A stretch of DNA of 20,000 nt, taken from IMG/VR virus record IMGVR_UViG_3300042274_000333; one strand, written 5' to 3'. Source of the DNA: an uncultured virus (IMG/VR IMGVR_UViG_3300042274_000333) (Duplodnaviria; Heunggongvirae; Uroviricota; Caudoviricetes). Below the pieces are notes generated by a model, which made no database searches, was not told the DNA's origin, and was given only the letters and a program-made list of their open reading frames with translations. Below are positions 7,387-14,717 of the stretch, piece after piece (positions within the stretch are counted from its first letter, which is position 1; every line of letters begins with the position of its first letter). The translations under genes and the position numbers were made by a program.

Positions 7387-7983
7387 ATTAGTCAATTAAA
7401 AGAACAGTTAAAAGAACAGTTAAAATCAGGTTTTCAAGAATTAGATATTCTTACTAATGGAGGGTCTATTCGTCAAAAAAGTGGAGAGTTGGTTGAAAAT
7501 CTAAACAGATTTATCTGGGATGAAGTATCAAAAAAATATGTAAACTTAAAAAGTTATATAGTAAAAGGCGATAATGATAAAAAAAGAGTTTATTCAAACA
7601 GTGGGAAAAACTATATAGATGAAAGTGTAGATCTTCATTGTTACATAAATGATATTTTTGTTCTAGCAATAGAATGTAAAACATATCTTGACAAGCCGTA
7701 TTTGCAAAGAGCTAATGATGACTTTCGCCTGATGAGAAAATCAACAGAAATAAAAAATACTGTTGTGTTCTCTATAGAAGATTCCATAGCTACAAATTCT
7801 TTAGAGTTTTTTCTAGAAGAAGAGAATGGAGTAGATAAAGTATTTTTTATAGCAGATGGAAAAAGAAATTCATTATCTAAAAGAAGAATCTATAGAGAAG
7901 AAAGCTGGAAAAGGATTAATGAAACGTTAATAGAAAATTATATTAATTTTATTAAAGGTATTTTTGATGAATATAGTTCGTGA
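7387..7983 (+). CDS. PD-(D/E)XK restriction-endonuclease-like protein; start uncertain (possibly ATT 7387)
   Basis: GELVE...VDLH...AIECKTYLDK; the track start at 7252 runs through two tRNAs; adjacent to an MTase. Confidence 0.7.
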   Translation: MSQLKEQLKEQLKSGFQELDILTNGGSIRQKSGELVENLNRFIWDEVSKKYVNLKSYIVKGDNDKKRVYSNSGKNYIDESVDLHCYINDIFVLAIECKTYLDKPYLQRANDDFRLMRKSTEIKNTVVFSIEDSIATNSLEFFLEEENGVDKVFFIADGKRNSLSKRRIYREESWKRINETLIENYINFIKGIFDEYSS

Positions 7984-8701
7984 TTTAGAAGAAAGAAAAT
8001 TAATCAATAATGATTGTATGAATATTTTACCTAAAATAAAAGATGGTTCAATAGATATGATTTTTGTAGACCTTCCATATGGAACCACTCAATGTAAATG
8101 GGACTCTATTATACCAATTGATGATTTATGGAAAGAATATGAAAGAGTAATAAAAGAAAACGGAGCAATGGTATTTACAGCTTCCCAACCTTTTACTTCT
8201 TATCTTATTATGAGCAATCCAAAGTTGTTTAAATATAGCTGGGTATGGGAAAAGTCAAAAGCCACTGGATATTTAAATAGTAAAAAAATGCCTTTAAAAG
8301 CACATGAAGATATTTGCATTTTTTATAAAAAGCTACCAACTTATAACCCTCAAATGACAGAAGGGGCTCCTTATAATAAAGGTACAGCTTTGAGAAATAC
8401 CGAAGTTTATAGAGAACAAACAGTTACTACGGTAAAAAATGATACAGGCTTAAGATACCCAAGAACTGTTCAATATTTTAAAACTCCAGAAAGTGAAGGA
8501 AAAACTTATCATCCAACACAAAAACCTTTACTTTTAGTAGAATATTTTATAAAAACTTACTCCAATGAAGGAGATTTAATACTTGATAATACTGCTGGTT
8601 CATTTACTACTGCTTTAGCTTGTGAAAATTTAAATAGAAGATGGATAGCTATTGAAAAAGAAGAAAAATATTGTATTGAAGCATTAGAAAGATTTAAATA
8701 A
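7964..8701 (+). CDS. N4/N6 DNA methyltransferase (beta class)
   Basis: DLPYG catalytic motif precedes HPTQKP and ILDNTAGSFTT SAM-binding motif. Confidence 0.92.
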   Translation: MMNIVRDLEERKLINNDCMNILPKIKDGSIDMIFVDLPYGTTQCKWDSIIPIDDLWKEYERVIKENGAMVFTASQPFTSYLIMSNPKLFKYSWVWEKSKATGYLNSKKMPLKAHEDICIFYKKLPTYNPQMTEGAPYNKGTALRNTEVYREQTVTTVKNDTGLRYPRTVQYFKTPESEGKTYHPTQKPLLLVEYFIKTYSNEGDLILDNTAGSFTTALACENLNRRWIAIEKEEKYCIEALERFK

Positions 8702-8711
8702 GGAGATTTAT

Positions 8712-9026
8712 TTGTTCGGAAAATTCTTGGATAGTAAGAACTGGAAAGGAAGAAAGGAAAGAAGAAAAAAATACTATGATTCAAGGGCATTTGACTGCAC
8801 TTGTAGAAACCATGGAACTTGTGAATGGTGCGTAGAAAACAGAACTTTCTTTGATAAGAAACAAAGAGATTTAGCAGACCTTCAGTTGGATATTTCAGAA
8901 GAAGAACTGGATATGCTTGTTCATAAAGAAAAACTTCAAGAAGCCATTGATTTAGAAAGATGGGAAGAGGATGAATTTTATTATGAAGAAGCATATTGGA
9001 GAGATGCAAAAGGGAAATTTACGTGA
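8712..9026 (+). CDS. hypothetical protein, basic N-terminus, Cys/His motif
   Basis: TTG start with AAGGAG RBS; DCTCRNHGTCEWC. Confidence 0.75.
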   Translation: MFGKFLDSKNWKGRKERRKKYYDSRAFDCTCRNHGTCEWCVENRTFFDKKQRDLADLQLDISEEELDMLVHKEKLQEAIDLERWEEDEFYYEEAYWRDAKGKFT

Positions 9027-9547
9027 AACTATTAGAGGATGAAATCATAAAAGATTTAATAAACTCTGAACAATTTAATCCTTGGCAAGGAACTCCATTT
9101 GAAGGGTATAAGCAACTAAATAACGTTCAAAAGGGAAATTTTGGCGAAAAAGTTGTAAAGATTTTTATGAAAAATTCTGGACATATTATTGAAGAAAGAA
9201 AATCAATAACAGATGGATATGATGCTATTATAGACGGTATCAAAACAGAGATAAAATTTTCTTTGGCTCAAACAGATAACGTAAATAAATGTATAAAGCC
9301 AGATACTTTTGTCATAAACCACGTTTCTTATGGGAAGGATTGGGATAGACTTATCTTTTTAGGGATAAATCTTGACGAAAGTTTTTACTTTAAGTATTTT
9401 ACAAAGGATGAATTTATAAAGCATTTTAAAGATACTTACTTTAACACACAGCAAGGAGGATCTTCATCGTCAAATGATGATTATATGTGCTCTGGAAATA
9501 AATTAATAAGTATGCTACACGAAATGAAGGATATTTCTCAATGGTAG
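9023..9547 (+). CDS. PD-(D/E)XK restriction-endonuclease-like protein
   Basis: KGNFGE...GYDAIIDGIKTEIKFS; GTG 9023 overlaps the upstream TGA. Confidence 0.72.
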   Translation: MKLLEDEIIKDLINSEQFNPWQGTPFEGYKQLNNVQKGNFGEKVVKIFMKNSGHIIEERKSITDGYDAIIDGIKTEIKFSLAQTDNVNKCIKPDTFVINHVSYGKDWDRLIFLGINLDESFYFKYFTKDEFIKHFKDTYFNTQQGGSSSSNDDYMCSGNKLISMLHEMKDISQW

Positions 9548-10530
9548 AAGATTTTTTAAACAAAAAAAACTCAACAAGAAATTTATCAGAAGATAGTTTT
9601 AAAAAAATACTACCGACACTGGCGGAGGAATTGAGTAATGTAGATTATCATTATTTTTACACAGACAAAGAACTTTTAAAAGATTGGGATAAGTTAAAAA
9701 ATTTTGAAACAGAAGAAGCTTTTACAGCTTCTACAGTAAGAGTTGGAATGAAACTTTGTGAATATTTTTTTCCTAACTTTTTTAAAATAAAAAACAATAA
9801 AGGTGAATCTTTTAATGATTTTTGGAATAAGGAAAATTTACAAAAAGTATTAAAGTGGAATAGGTCTTCACATTCAACCCCATACTTATCAGAATTAAGA
9901 AGAGGAGTTTATTTTTGTAATGGGTTAACAAAGAATACTATGTATAGACCGCATATAGCAAAAATGATATGTGATTTTTATAAACCTAAAAGAGTTTTAG
10001 ACCCATGTAGTGGATGGGGTGGAAGATTATTAGGAGTAGCGTCTGGTAATATAGAATACGTTGGATTTGAAACAAATAAAGAAACTTATAATAATTTATT
10101 GGAGTTAATACATTATTTGAATCTTGAAAATTTAGCAACTGTATACAACAACGGAAGCGAAAATATAAATTTTCAAGAAGAGTTTGATTTAGTAATTACT
10201 TCTCCTCCTTATTTTGATTTAGAAGTTTATAGTGATGAAAAAACACAAAGTGAAAACATGTTTTCTTCATACGAAGAATGGGCTAATGGATGGTTAACTT
10301 TAGTTATAGAAAAAAGTTTAAAAGCTTTAAAAAAAGACGGTGTTTCTTGTTGGAATACTCATAACATAGGAAACTATAAATTGATTGATGACGTTAAAAA
10401 TATCCATGAGAAAAACGGATTTCATTTAGATAAAGAATTTGGTTTAGTTTCTTCATCAAGACAGGCAAATCAAAACAATAACAAGAATAAAAAAACAGTT
10501 GATTTAACTATGTGTTTTATAAAAAATTGA
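9541..10530 (+). CDS. amino (N4-C/N6-A) DNA methyltransferase
   Basis: VLDPCSGWGGRLLG (motif I) then TSPPYF (motif IV). Confidence 0.9.
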   Translation: MVEDFLNKKNSTRNLSEDSFKKILPTLAEELSNVDYHYFYTDKELLKDWDKLKNFETEEAFTASTVRVGMKLCEYFFPNFFKIKNNKGESFNDFWNKENLQKVLKWNRSSHSTPYLSELRRGVYFCNGLTKNTMYRPHIAKMICDFYKPKRVLDPCSGWGGRLLGVASGNIEYVGFETNKETYNNLLELIHYLNLENLATVYNNGSENINFQEEFDLVITSPPYFDLEVYSDEKTQSENMFSSYEEWANGWLTLVIEKSLKALKKDGVSCWNTHNIGNYKLIDDVKNIHEKNGFHLDKEFGLVSSSRQANQNNNKNKKTVDLTMCFIKN

Positions 10531-10592
10531 CAAAAAACTAAAAATTTTGTATAATAAAGTATAATCAAATGGATGCTAACAGCAATTTAAAA
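10527..10592 (+). repeat. promoter plus start of ACAGCAA element; near-identical copy at 16396..16461
   Basis: TTGACA-17-TATAAT-AAAGTATAATCAAATGGATGCTAACAGCAATTTAAAA; 2 mismatches between copies. Confidence 0.9.
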
Positions 10593-10631
10593 AATAAAAA
10601 ATCTGTAAACTTTTTTAACCAAGGCATCCAG
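10570..10631 (+). ncRNA. ACAGCAA scaffold element 1 (minimal; Tyr-type CTGTAAA loop)
   Basis: TGGATGC-TAACAGCAA...GCATCCA-G. Confidence 0.7.
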
Positions 10632-10638
10632 AATTTAC

Positions 10639-10715
10639 AGTCGAGTGGAAACAAACAGGTGAAGTTACCTGTCTTATAAACAGGGCATTTGTGGGTTCGA
10701 AGCCCACCTCGACTA
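10639..10715 (+). tRNA. tRNA-Ile(TAT)
   Basis: CCTGT-CTTATAA-ACAGG; acceptor AGTCGAG/CTCGACT; A73. Confidence 0.88.
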
Positions 10716-10718
10716 TAT

Positions 10719-10833
10719 TGGCTACTAACAGCAAAAAAATTTAGGACTTGTAATCCAGAATTGTTGGTTCGAATCCAACTTGTTTAGAAATAAACAATAG
10801 TTCAATTGGTAGAACGCTTACAAATGTAGCCAG
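10719..10833 (+). ncRNA. ACAGCAA element 2 containing a circularly permuted tRNA (TGT loop)
   Basis: GGA-CTTGTAA-TCC, T arm GTTGG-TTCGAAT-CCAAC, closed acceptor TTGTTTA-GAAA-TAAACAA, D arm GTTC-AATTGGTA-GAAC; outer stem TGGCTAC/GTAGCCA. Confidence 0.82.
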
Positions 10834-10839
10834 TTTTAT

Positions 10840-10911
10840 AGGTGCGTGGTCCAAGGGTGAAGACAAAACTCTGATAAAGTTTAAATGACGGTTCAACTCC
10901 GTCCGTGCCTA
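10840..10911 (+). tRNA. tRNA-Ile(GAT)
   Basis: AAACT-CTGATAA-AGTTT; acceptor AGGTGCG/CGTGCCT. Confidence 0.9.
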
Positions 10912-11104
10912 AAATCTTCTGACGAGAAGGACGTAGAGCTTCCTCTGATATATTATATCAGTAGAAAAGGAAACATGACGAATCGTAGGTCGCAAGTTGT
11001 AACAGAAAATGGGGTACAACGCAGTGATGTGAAAAGAAATCTTATAAATAGAAGAATTGATCTCCTTCTATTCATAGAGTGGTTCATTACCACGCATCAC
11101 TTTT

Positions 11105-11233
11105 TGGATACGAACAGCAATTTAAAACCAAATACAATTAGGATGTAGAGGTATAGGTTCAAATCCTATTGTCCCTCCCTAAATTCATGAGGGACATGGT
11201 GTAATGGTAGCACGTTTAAAAGGACGTATCCAG
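11105..11233 (+). ncRNA. ACAGCAA element 3 containing a circularly permuted tRNA (TAG loop)
   Basis: TACA-ATTAGGA-TGTA, T arm ATAGG-TTCAAAT-CCTAT, closed acceptor TGTCCCTC/GAGGGACA, D arm GTGT-AATGGTA-GCAC; outer stem TGGATACG/CGTATCCA. Confidence 0.82.
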
Positions 11234-11237
11234 TTTT

Positions 11238-11309
11238 GCACGTATAGTATAACGGCTATTACCACAGCCTTCCAAGCTGAGGACGAGGGTTCAACTCCCT
11301 CTACGTGCT
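11238..11309 (+). tRNA. tRNA-Gly(TCC)
   Basis: ACAGC-CTTCCAA-GCTGA; acceptor GCACGTA/TACGTGC; U73. Confidence 0.92.
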
Positions 11310-11317
11310 TTTGAAAA

Positions 11318-11346
11318 TTGACAAAATTTTAGAATTTTGTTATAAT
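11318..11346 (+). promoter_or_regulatory. consensus sigma70 promoter
   Basis: TTGACA-17-TATAAT. Confidence 0.85.
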
Positions 11347-11362
11347 AAAGTATAAGTTTTTT

Positions 11363-11914
11363 GGAATCATTAAATGTTATACCCAAGTGTATGAAGGCTA
11401 ACAACCTTGCTTGGACTGTCTTGAATGCTTTGGTGAGTTATCACGGATACGTGCTGACTTAACCAACTGTCAAAATCGTAAGATTAGATGGATAAACCTC
11501 AAAAAGGTTAAAGCAAGAGACAGGTGCTTGAAAATACGCTTGAAAAGGTCATTATGCTGACCCCTTCGCAATAGGCGATACGCTAGCCATCCAGTAAGTC
11601 GGGCTTGACAACTTTGATACTGCTGGAAAAGTCAAAAGCAAGAAGGGACTGTGGTTGAAACAGAGAAATCTGTGTATAAGTTGTGCATAATCGTAAAGTA
11701 GTCCAATTCCACAGGTTCTTAAACATATTGGATGATTAACAACCTGAAAGTCGGATGAAATTTGTGGGTAGCCATTCCCACCTTGAGTTCGGGAGAAATC
11801 CCCTTTAGAAATGCTAAGGAGTAATTACCCATAGCACAGGTTCTATCGTCAAGTAACCTAATATTCAAGAAGTATTGGATAGTAAGATGAAGGTCTATAA
11901 TTTTTATTGGTTCC
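11363..11914 (+). ncRNA. large (~550 nt) structured RNA, ROOL/GOLLD-class candidate
   Basis: No ORF in the track, own promoter, ends pair (GGAATCA/TGGTTCC) before a U tract, many internal hairpins, located in a tRNA array. Confidence 0.6.
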
Positions 11915-11922
11915 TTTTTTAT

Positions 11923-11994
11923 GGCGATGAAACCAAATGGCTAGGTGCAACTCTCATAAGGTTGATTTAGTTGGTTCAATTCCAACCATCGTCA
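11923..11994 (+). tRNA. tRNA-CAT (elongator Met or Ile2)
   Basis: CAACT-CTCATAA-GGTTG; acceptor GGCGATG/CATCGTC. Confidence 0.88.
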
Positions 11995-11997
11995 CTT

Positions 11998-12121
11998 TGG
12001 TTACTAACAGCAAACAAAATCCGTGTAAAACGACAGACGGTGGTTCAAATCCATCTGTTCCCAAAATTCGTGGGAATATCGTCTAGGGGTTAGGACACTC
12101 GTGGAGAAAAGATGTAGCCAG
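11998..12121 (+). ncRNA. ACAGCAA element 4 containing a circularly permuted tRNA
   Basis: T arm GGTGG-TTCAAAT-CCATC, closed acceptor TGTTCCCA/TGGGAATA, D arm GTCTAGGGGTTAGGAC; outer stem TGGTTAC/GTAGCCA. Confidence 0.8.
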
Positions 12122-12126
12122 CAAAT

Positions 12127-12197
12127 GCAGATATGGTATAGTGGTATTACACGACCTTGCCAAGGTTGAAATGAGGGTTCAATTCCCTCTATCTGCT
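12127..12197 (+). tRNA. tRNA-Gly(GCC)
   Basis: CGACC-TTGCCAA-GGTTG; acceptor GCAGATA/TATCTGC. Confidence 0.92.
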
Positions 12198-12287
12198 TGA
12201 GGGAGCGACAGGTGCCAAAAGGTAAACCGTTGCTTTAAACTGGAAGAGGGAAAGCTTCTAGCCCGCTTTACGATAAGGAGGTTGACT

Positions 12288-12377
12288 ATGACTACACAGT
12301 TTGCCGTTCTTACCATTAGCGGACTTGTTCTCGGAACAGTTATCACATGGCTAAGAATATTAAGCGATGTGAAGTAA
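12288..12377 (+). CDS. 29-aa single-helix membrane peptide (Ldr/Fst type I toxin-like)
   Basis: AAGGAGG RBS; MTTQFAVLTISGLVLGTVITWLRILSDVK; 11-bp hairpin across the stop. Confidence 0.65.
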   Translation: MTTQFAVLTISGLVLGTVITWLRILSDVK

Positions 12378-12430
12378 GTTATTTTATAACTTACTTGGGT
12401 TTTCAGTTGTACCGTAAACAACTGGTATTT

Positions 12431-12502
12431 GCACCCTTAGCATAATGGTAATGCACGAACCTTGTAAGTTCGGTGATGTCAGTTCAAATCCGATGGGGTG
12501 CT
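12431..12502 (+). tRNA. tRNA-Thr(TGT)
   Basis: CGAAC-CTTGTAA-GTTCG; acceptor GCACCCT/GGGGTGC. Confidence 0.9.
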
Positions 12503-12521
12503 TAATAACAGGAGATAAAAA

Positions 12522-13127
12522 ATGATTAAAAACCTTCAAATAAATGAAGAAAGTTTCCCGTTTCAAATTTTAAGAAAAATGTATGATTGGGAAGGAAGGT
12601 TTTATCATACCATATATCATATTCAAGATATGATGCACTTTGCTTCAAAAGAACCTGATTTTACTGTAAATGTTGCTCTTGCAATATTATATCATGATGT
12701 TATAATCATTACTGGTAGCGAAGAAAATGAATTAGCATCTGCTGTGTTTTTCAAGTCTATGTGGGAAAGTGGTTTAGTTGATTCTTTGTTTATAAACAAA
12801 GAAGATTTAAACTCTGTTGATTCAGATAAAGTATTTGACTTAATCCTTGCTACAAAATATCATAGATTTACAGGAGACCCTGAAAACGATTTACTTATGA
12901 AGGCGGATTTGCTATGGTATTACAAAAATAACAACGGATACCAGTTAGTCAATGAAAATCTTATAAGAAAGGAATTTCAGAGCAAAAGCACTTATAGATA
13001 TTTAATCGGAAGAATAGAGTTTTTAGAAAATCTAAAAAAGACGCTTGAAGAGGATGGAGTTCTTGAAGATTATGTAAAAGGAATAGATGAAAATATTCTT
13101 TATCTTAAAGAGCGTTTTGAAAAATAA
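12522..13127 (+). CDS. HD-superfamily metal-dependent phosphohydrolase
   Basis: RFYHTIYHI, AILYHDVI, NELASA, ILATKYH, ADL, IRKEF...GRIEFL. Confidence 0.85.
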   Translation: MIKNLQINEESFPFQILRKMYDWEGRFYHTIYHIQDMMHFASKEPDFTVNVALAILYHDVIIITGSEENELASAVFFKSMWESGLVDSLFINKEDLNSVDSDKVFDLILATKYHRFTGDPENDLLMKADLLWYYKNNNGYQLVNENLIRKEFQSKSTYRYLIGRIEFLENLKKTLEEDGVLEDYVKGIDENILYLKERFEK

Positions 13128-13179
13128 AGAAGGATAAATGATATTGAACCACATGGTAAAATATAACCCAAAAAAATAG

Positions 13180-13208
13180 TTGCTAAAAAACTAAAAAAAT
13201 TGTATAAT
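13180..13208 (+). promoter_or_regulatory. sigma70-type promoter
   Basis: TTGCTA-17-TATAAT, same spacer as the promoter family. Confidence 0.8.
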
Positions 13209-13256
13209 AAGGTATAACGAAAAGAAGAAAAATAAAAAATGAACTAAAATTCATTA

Positions 13257-13354
13257 AAAGGAGGATAAGCCCATGAAGTAGTTTAGATTATCATTACCTC
13301 CATAAGTATAGTCGGTTTCTTAAGAAAAAACTGACAACAACATACTTATAGGAG
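13257..13354 (+). promoter_or_regulatory. leader mini-ORF with amber codon and RBS-sequestering hairpin (putative translational attenuator)
   Basis: AAAGGAGG; ATG AAG TAG TTT AGA TTA TCA TTA CCT CCA TAA (13273-13305); CTCC-ATAAGTAT pairs with ATACTTAT-A-GGAG (13342-13354). Confidence 0.75.
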
Positions 13355-13363
13355 AAAAGTAAA

Positions 13364-13714
13364 ATGGAAAAGATTTTTGATACGATTGAAGATTATAGAA
13401 ATGTGGTTTCTATGATGAAAGACTATTACAAAGAACTCTCTGCAAACATAAGAGAGGAAAAAGTAAAATACAAGAATTTACTCAGGGGAAGAGTATACCC
13501 TGACTATATGAATGTAAAATATCATCTTGATGATAACAGAAGAAATGCTAGGATTTTTAATGTAGTATATTCTATATTAAAAGGAAAATCGTATAAGCAG
13601 ATTGAACCCAAGATACGGGAGAAAAATGAGTTATACGGCGGTGAAATAAGAAAATTTTGTGAAAAATGGAATTTGCCTTCTGATCCTTTCGTAAAGGAGG
13701 TAAATAATGCTTAA
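13364..13714 (+). CDS. hypothetical protein translationally coupled to pth2
   Basis: 116 aa, AGGAG RBS, overlaps the pth2 start. Confidence 0.85.
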   Translation: MEKIFDTIEDYRNVVSMMKDYYKELSANIREEKVKYKNLLRGRVYPDYMNVKYHLDDNRRNARIFNVVYSILKGKSYKQIEPKIREKNELYGGEIRKFCEKWNLPSDPFVKEVNNA

Positions 13715-14090
13715 ACAGTATTTTTTGGTAAGGAAAGACTTGGGAATGTCAAAAGGGAGGATTGCTTCTCAAGTGGCGCACAGCGCTATTATGTGTCTTT
13801 TATCAAGTGGAGAGTGGAACGACAAAACAGTAACCTTCTCCCACTTACCGGATGCTATTCTTAATGATTTAAAGAAAGGATAGCCATTTACAAAAGTAGT
13901 TCTTTCAGCAAACTCGGAAACTGATTTTTATAATGTAGTAGAAAGTGTTAAGAAAACATCATTACCGTTTTATGTAATGATAGACAACGGATTCTATGAC
14001 AGCAATGGCATAGAAAAGGAAGAAGCAACTTGCTTGGCAATAGGTCCTTGCGAAGGGCTTCGGGAACTTGAAAGGTTTAGACTTTTGTGA
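13707..14090 (+). CDS. pth2: peptidyl-tRNA hydrolase Pth2 with in-frame TAG at codon 59 (13881-13883)
   Basis: MLKQYFLVRKDLGMSKGRIASQVAHSA...KKG*PFTKVVL...MIDNG...TCLAIGP...FRLL; AAGGAGG RBS; missed by the ORF track. Confidence 0.88.
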
Positions 14091-14095
14091 TTTTT

Positions 14096-14135
14096 GACTG
14101 GGAGGGTGCCAAACATCTTCCCAGTCCTTTTTTGA
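14096..14135 (+). terminator. intrinsic terminator after pth2
   Basis: GACTGGGAGGGTG/CATCTTCCCAGTC hairpin followed by a T tract. Confidence 0.7.
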
Positions 14136-14195
14136 CTTTGCCCCACGAAAGTGGGATGACGGTTTCGCTGTGCCAGCCTATGCAAAACAGTGGGT

Positions 14196-14408
14196 AGAGA
14201 AGTGGTGAAAAATACGGGAGTTATGTTGTCGGTCGCTGCAGAGGCGGTGACTTTATTCATAGCTCCAGTTGGCAGACACCCATATCTGTCGCCAGCTAGG
14301 CGCTGGAGAAGACGTAGAGCAAAATCAGAGAGTTAAGTGTACATAATACTCTCTTTCGTGCACGATAAGAGTCAGGCATGAATGTAGGTTCAAATCCTAC
14401 CTTCTCTA
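14196..14408 (+). ncRNA. tRNA-like RNA with large insertions (213 nt)
   Basis: Acceptor AGAGAAG/CTTCTCT-A, T arm GTAGG-TTCAAAT-CCTAC, D arm TGGTGAA...GGCAGACAC split by hairpin GGAGTTATG/CATAGCTCC. Confidence 0.7.
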
Positions 14409-14438
14409 AAAAGAATATTATGTAAAGAGGTTCGTTTT

Positions 14439-14711
14439 ATGAAAGTAGAAGAAGTATTAAGTTCTTTTAAACAATATTTTAGAAAAAATACTGTTCGTTT
14501 CAGAGAAAATCAAGAAGTAACTGCCTCTATTGGAAGGTTGTTAATTGACTTTAACAAGGAAAGGATGCTAATTATAGATGATAATTCTTTATCTTCTATA
14601 AAATATGAAGATATAGAAAGTATTGCTTTCTATGCTGGAGACGGATGGGATTATCCTAACGATATTAAAATAATTATTGACAAAGACAATTATATAAAAA
14701 TACATGTATAA
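14439..14711 (+). CDS. hypothetical protein
   Basis: 90 aa, GAGG RBS. Confidence 0.75.
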   Translation: MKVEEVLSSFKQYFRKNTVRFRENQEVTASIGRLLIDFNKERMLIIDDNSLSSIKYEDIESIAFYAGDGWDYPNDIKIIIDKDNYIKIHV

Positions 14712-14717
14712 TAGAAT

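Noticed and set aside
11363..11914. RNase P RNA or full-length tmRNA
   Set aside because: No GAGGAAAGTCC-type P4 motif and no tRNA-like termini.
13239..13247. Second minigene ATG AAC TAA upstream of the amber leader
   Set aside because: No convincing RBS; likely chance in A-rich sequence.
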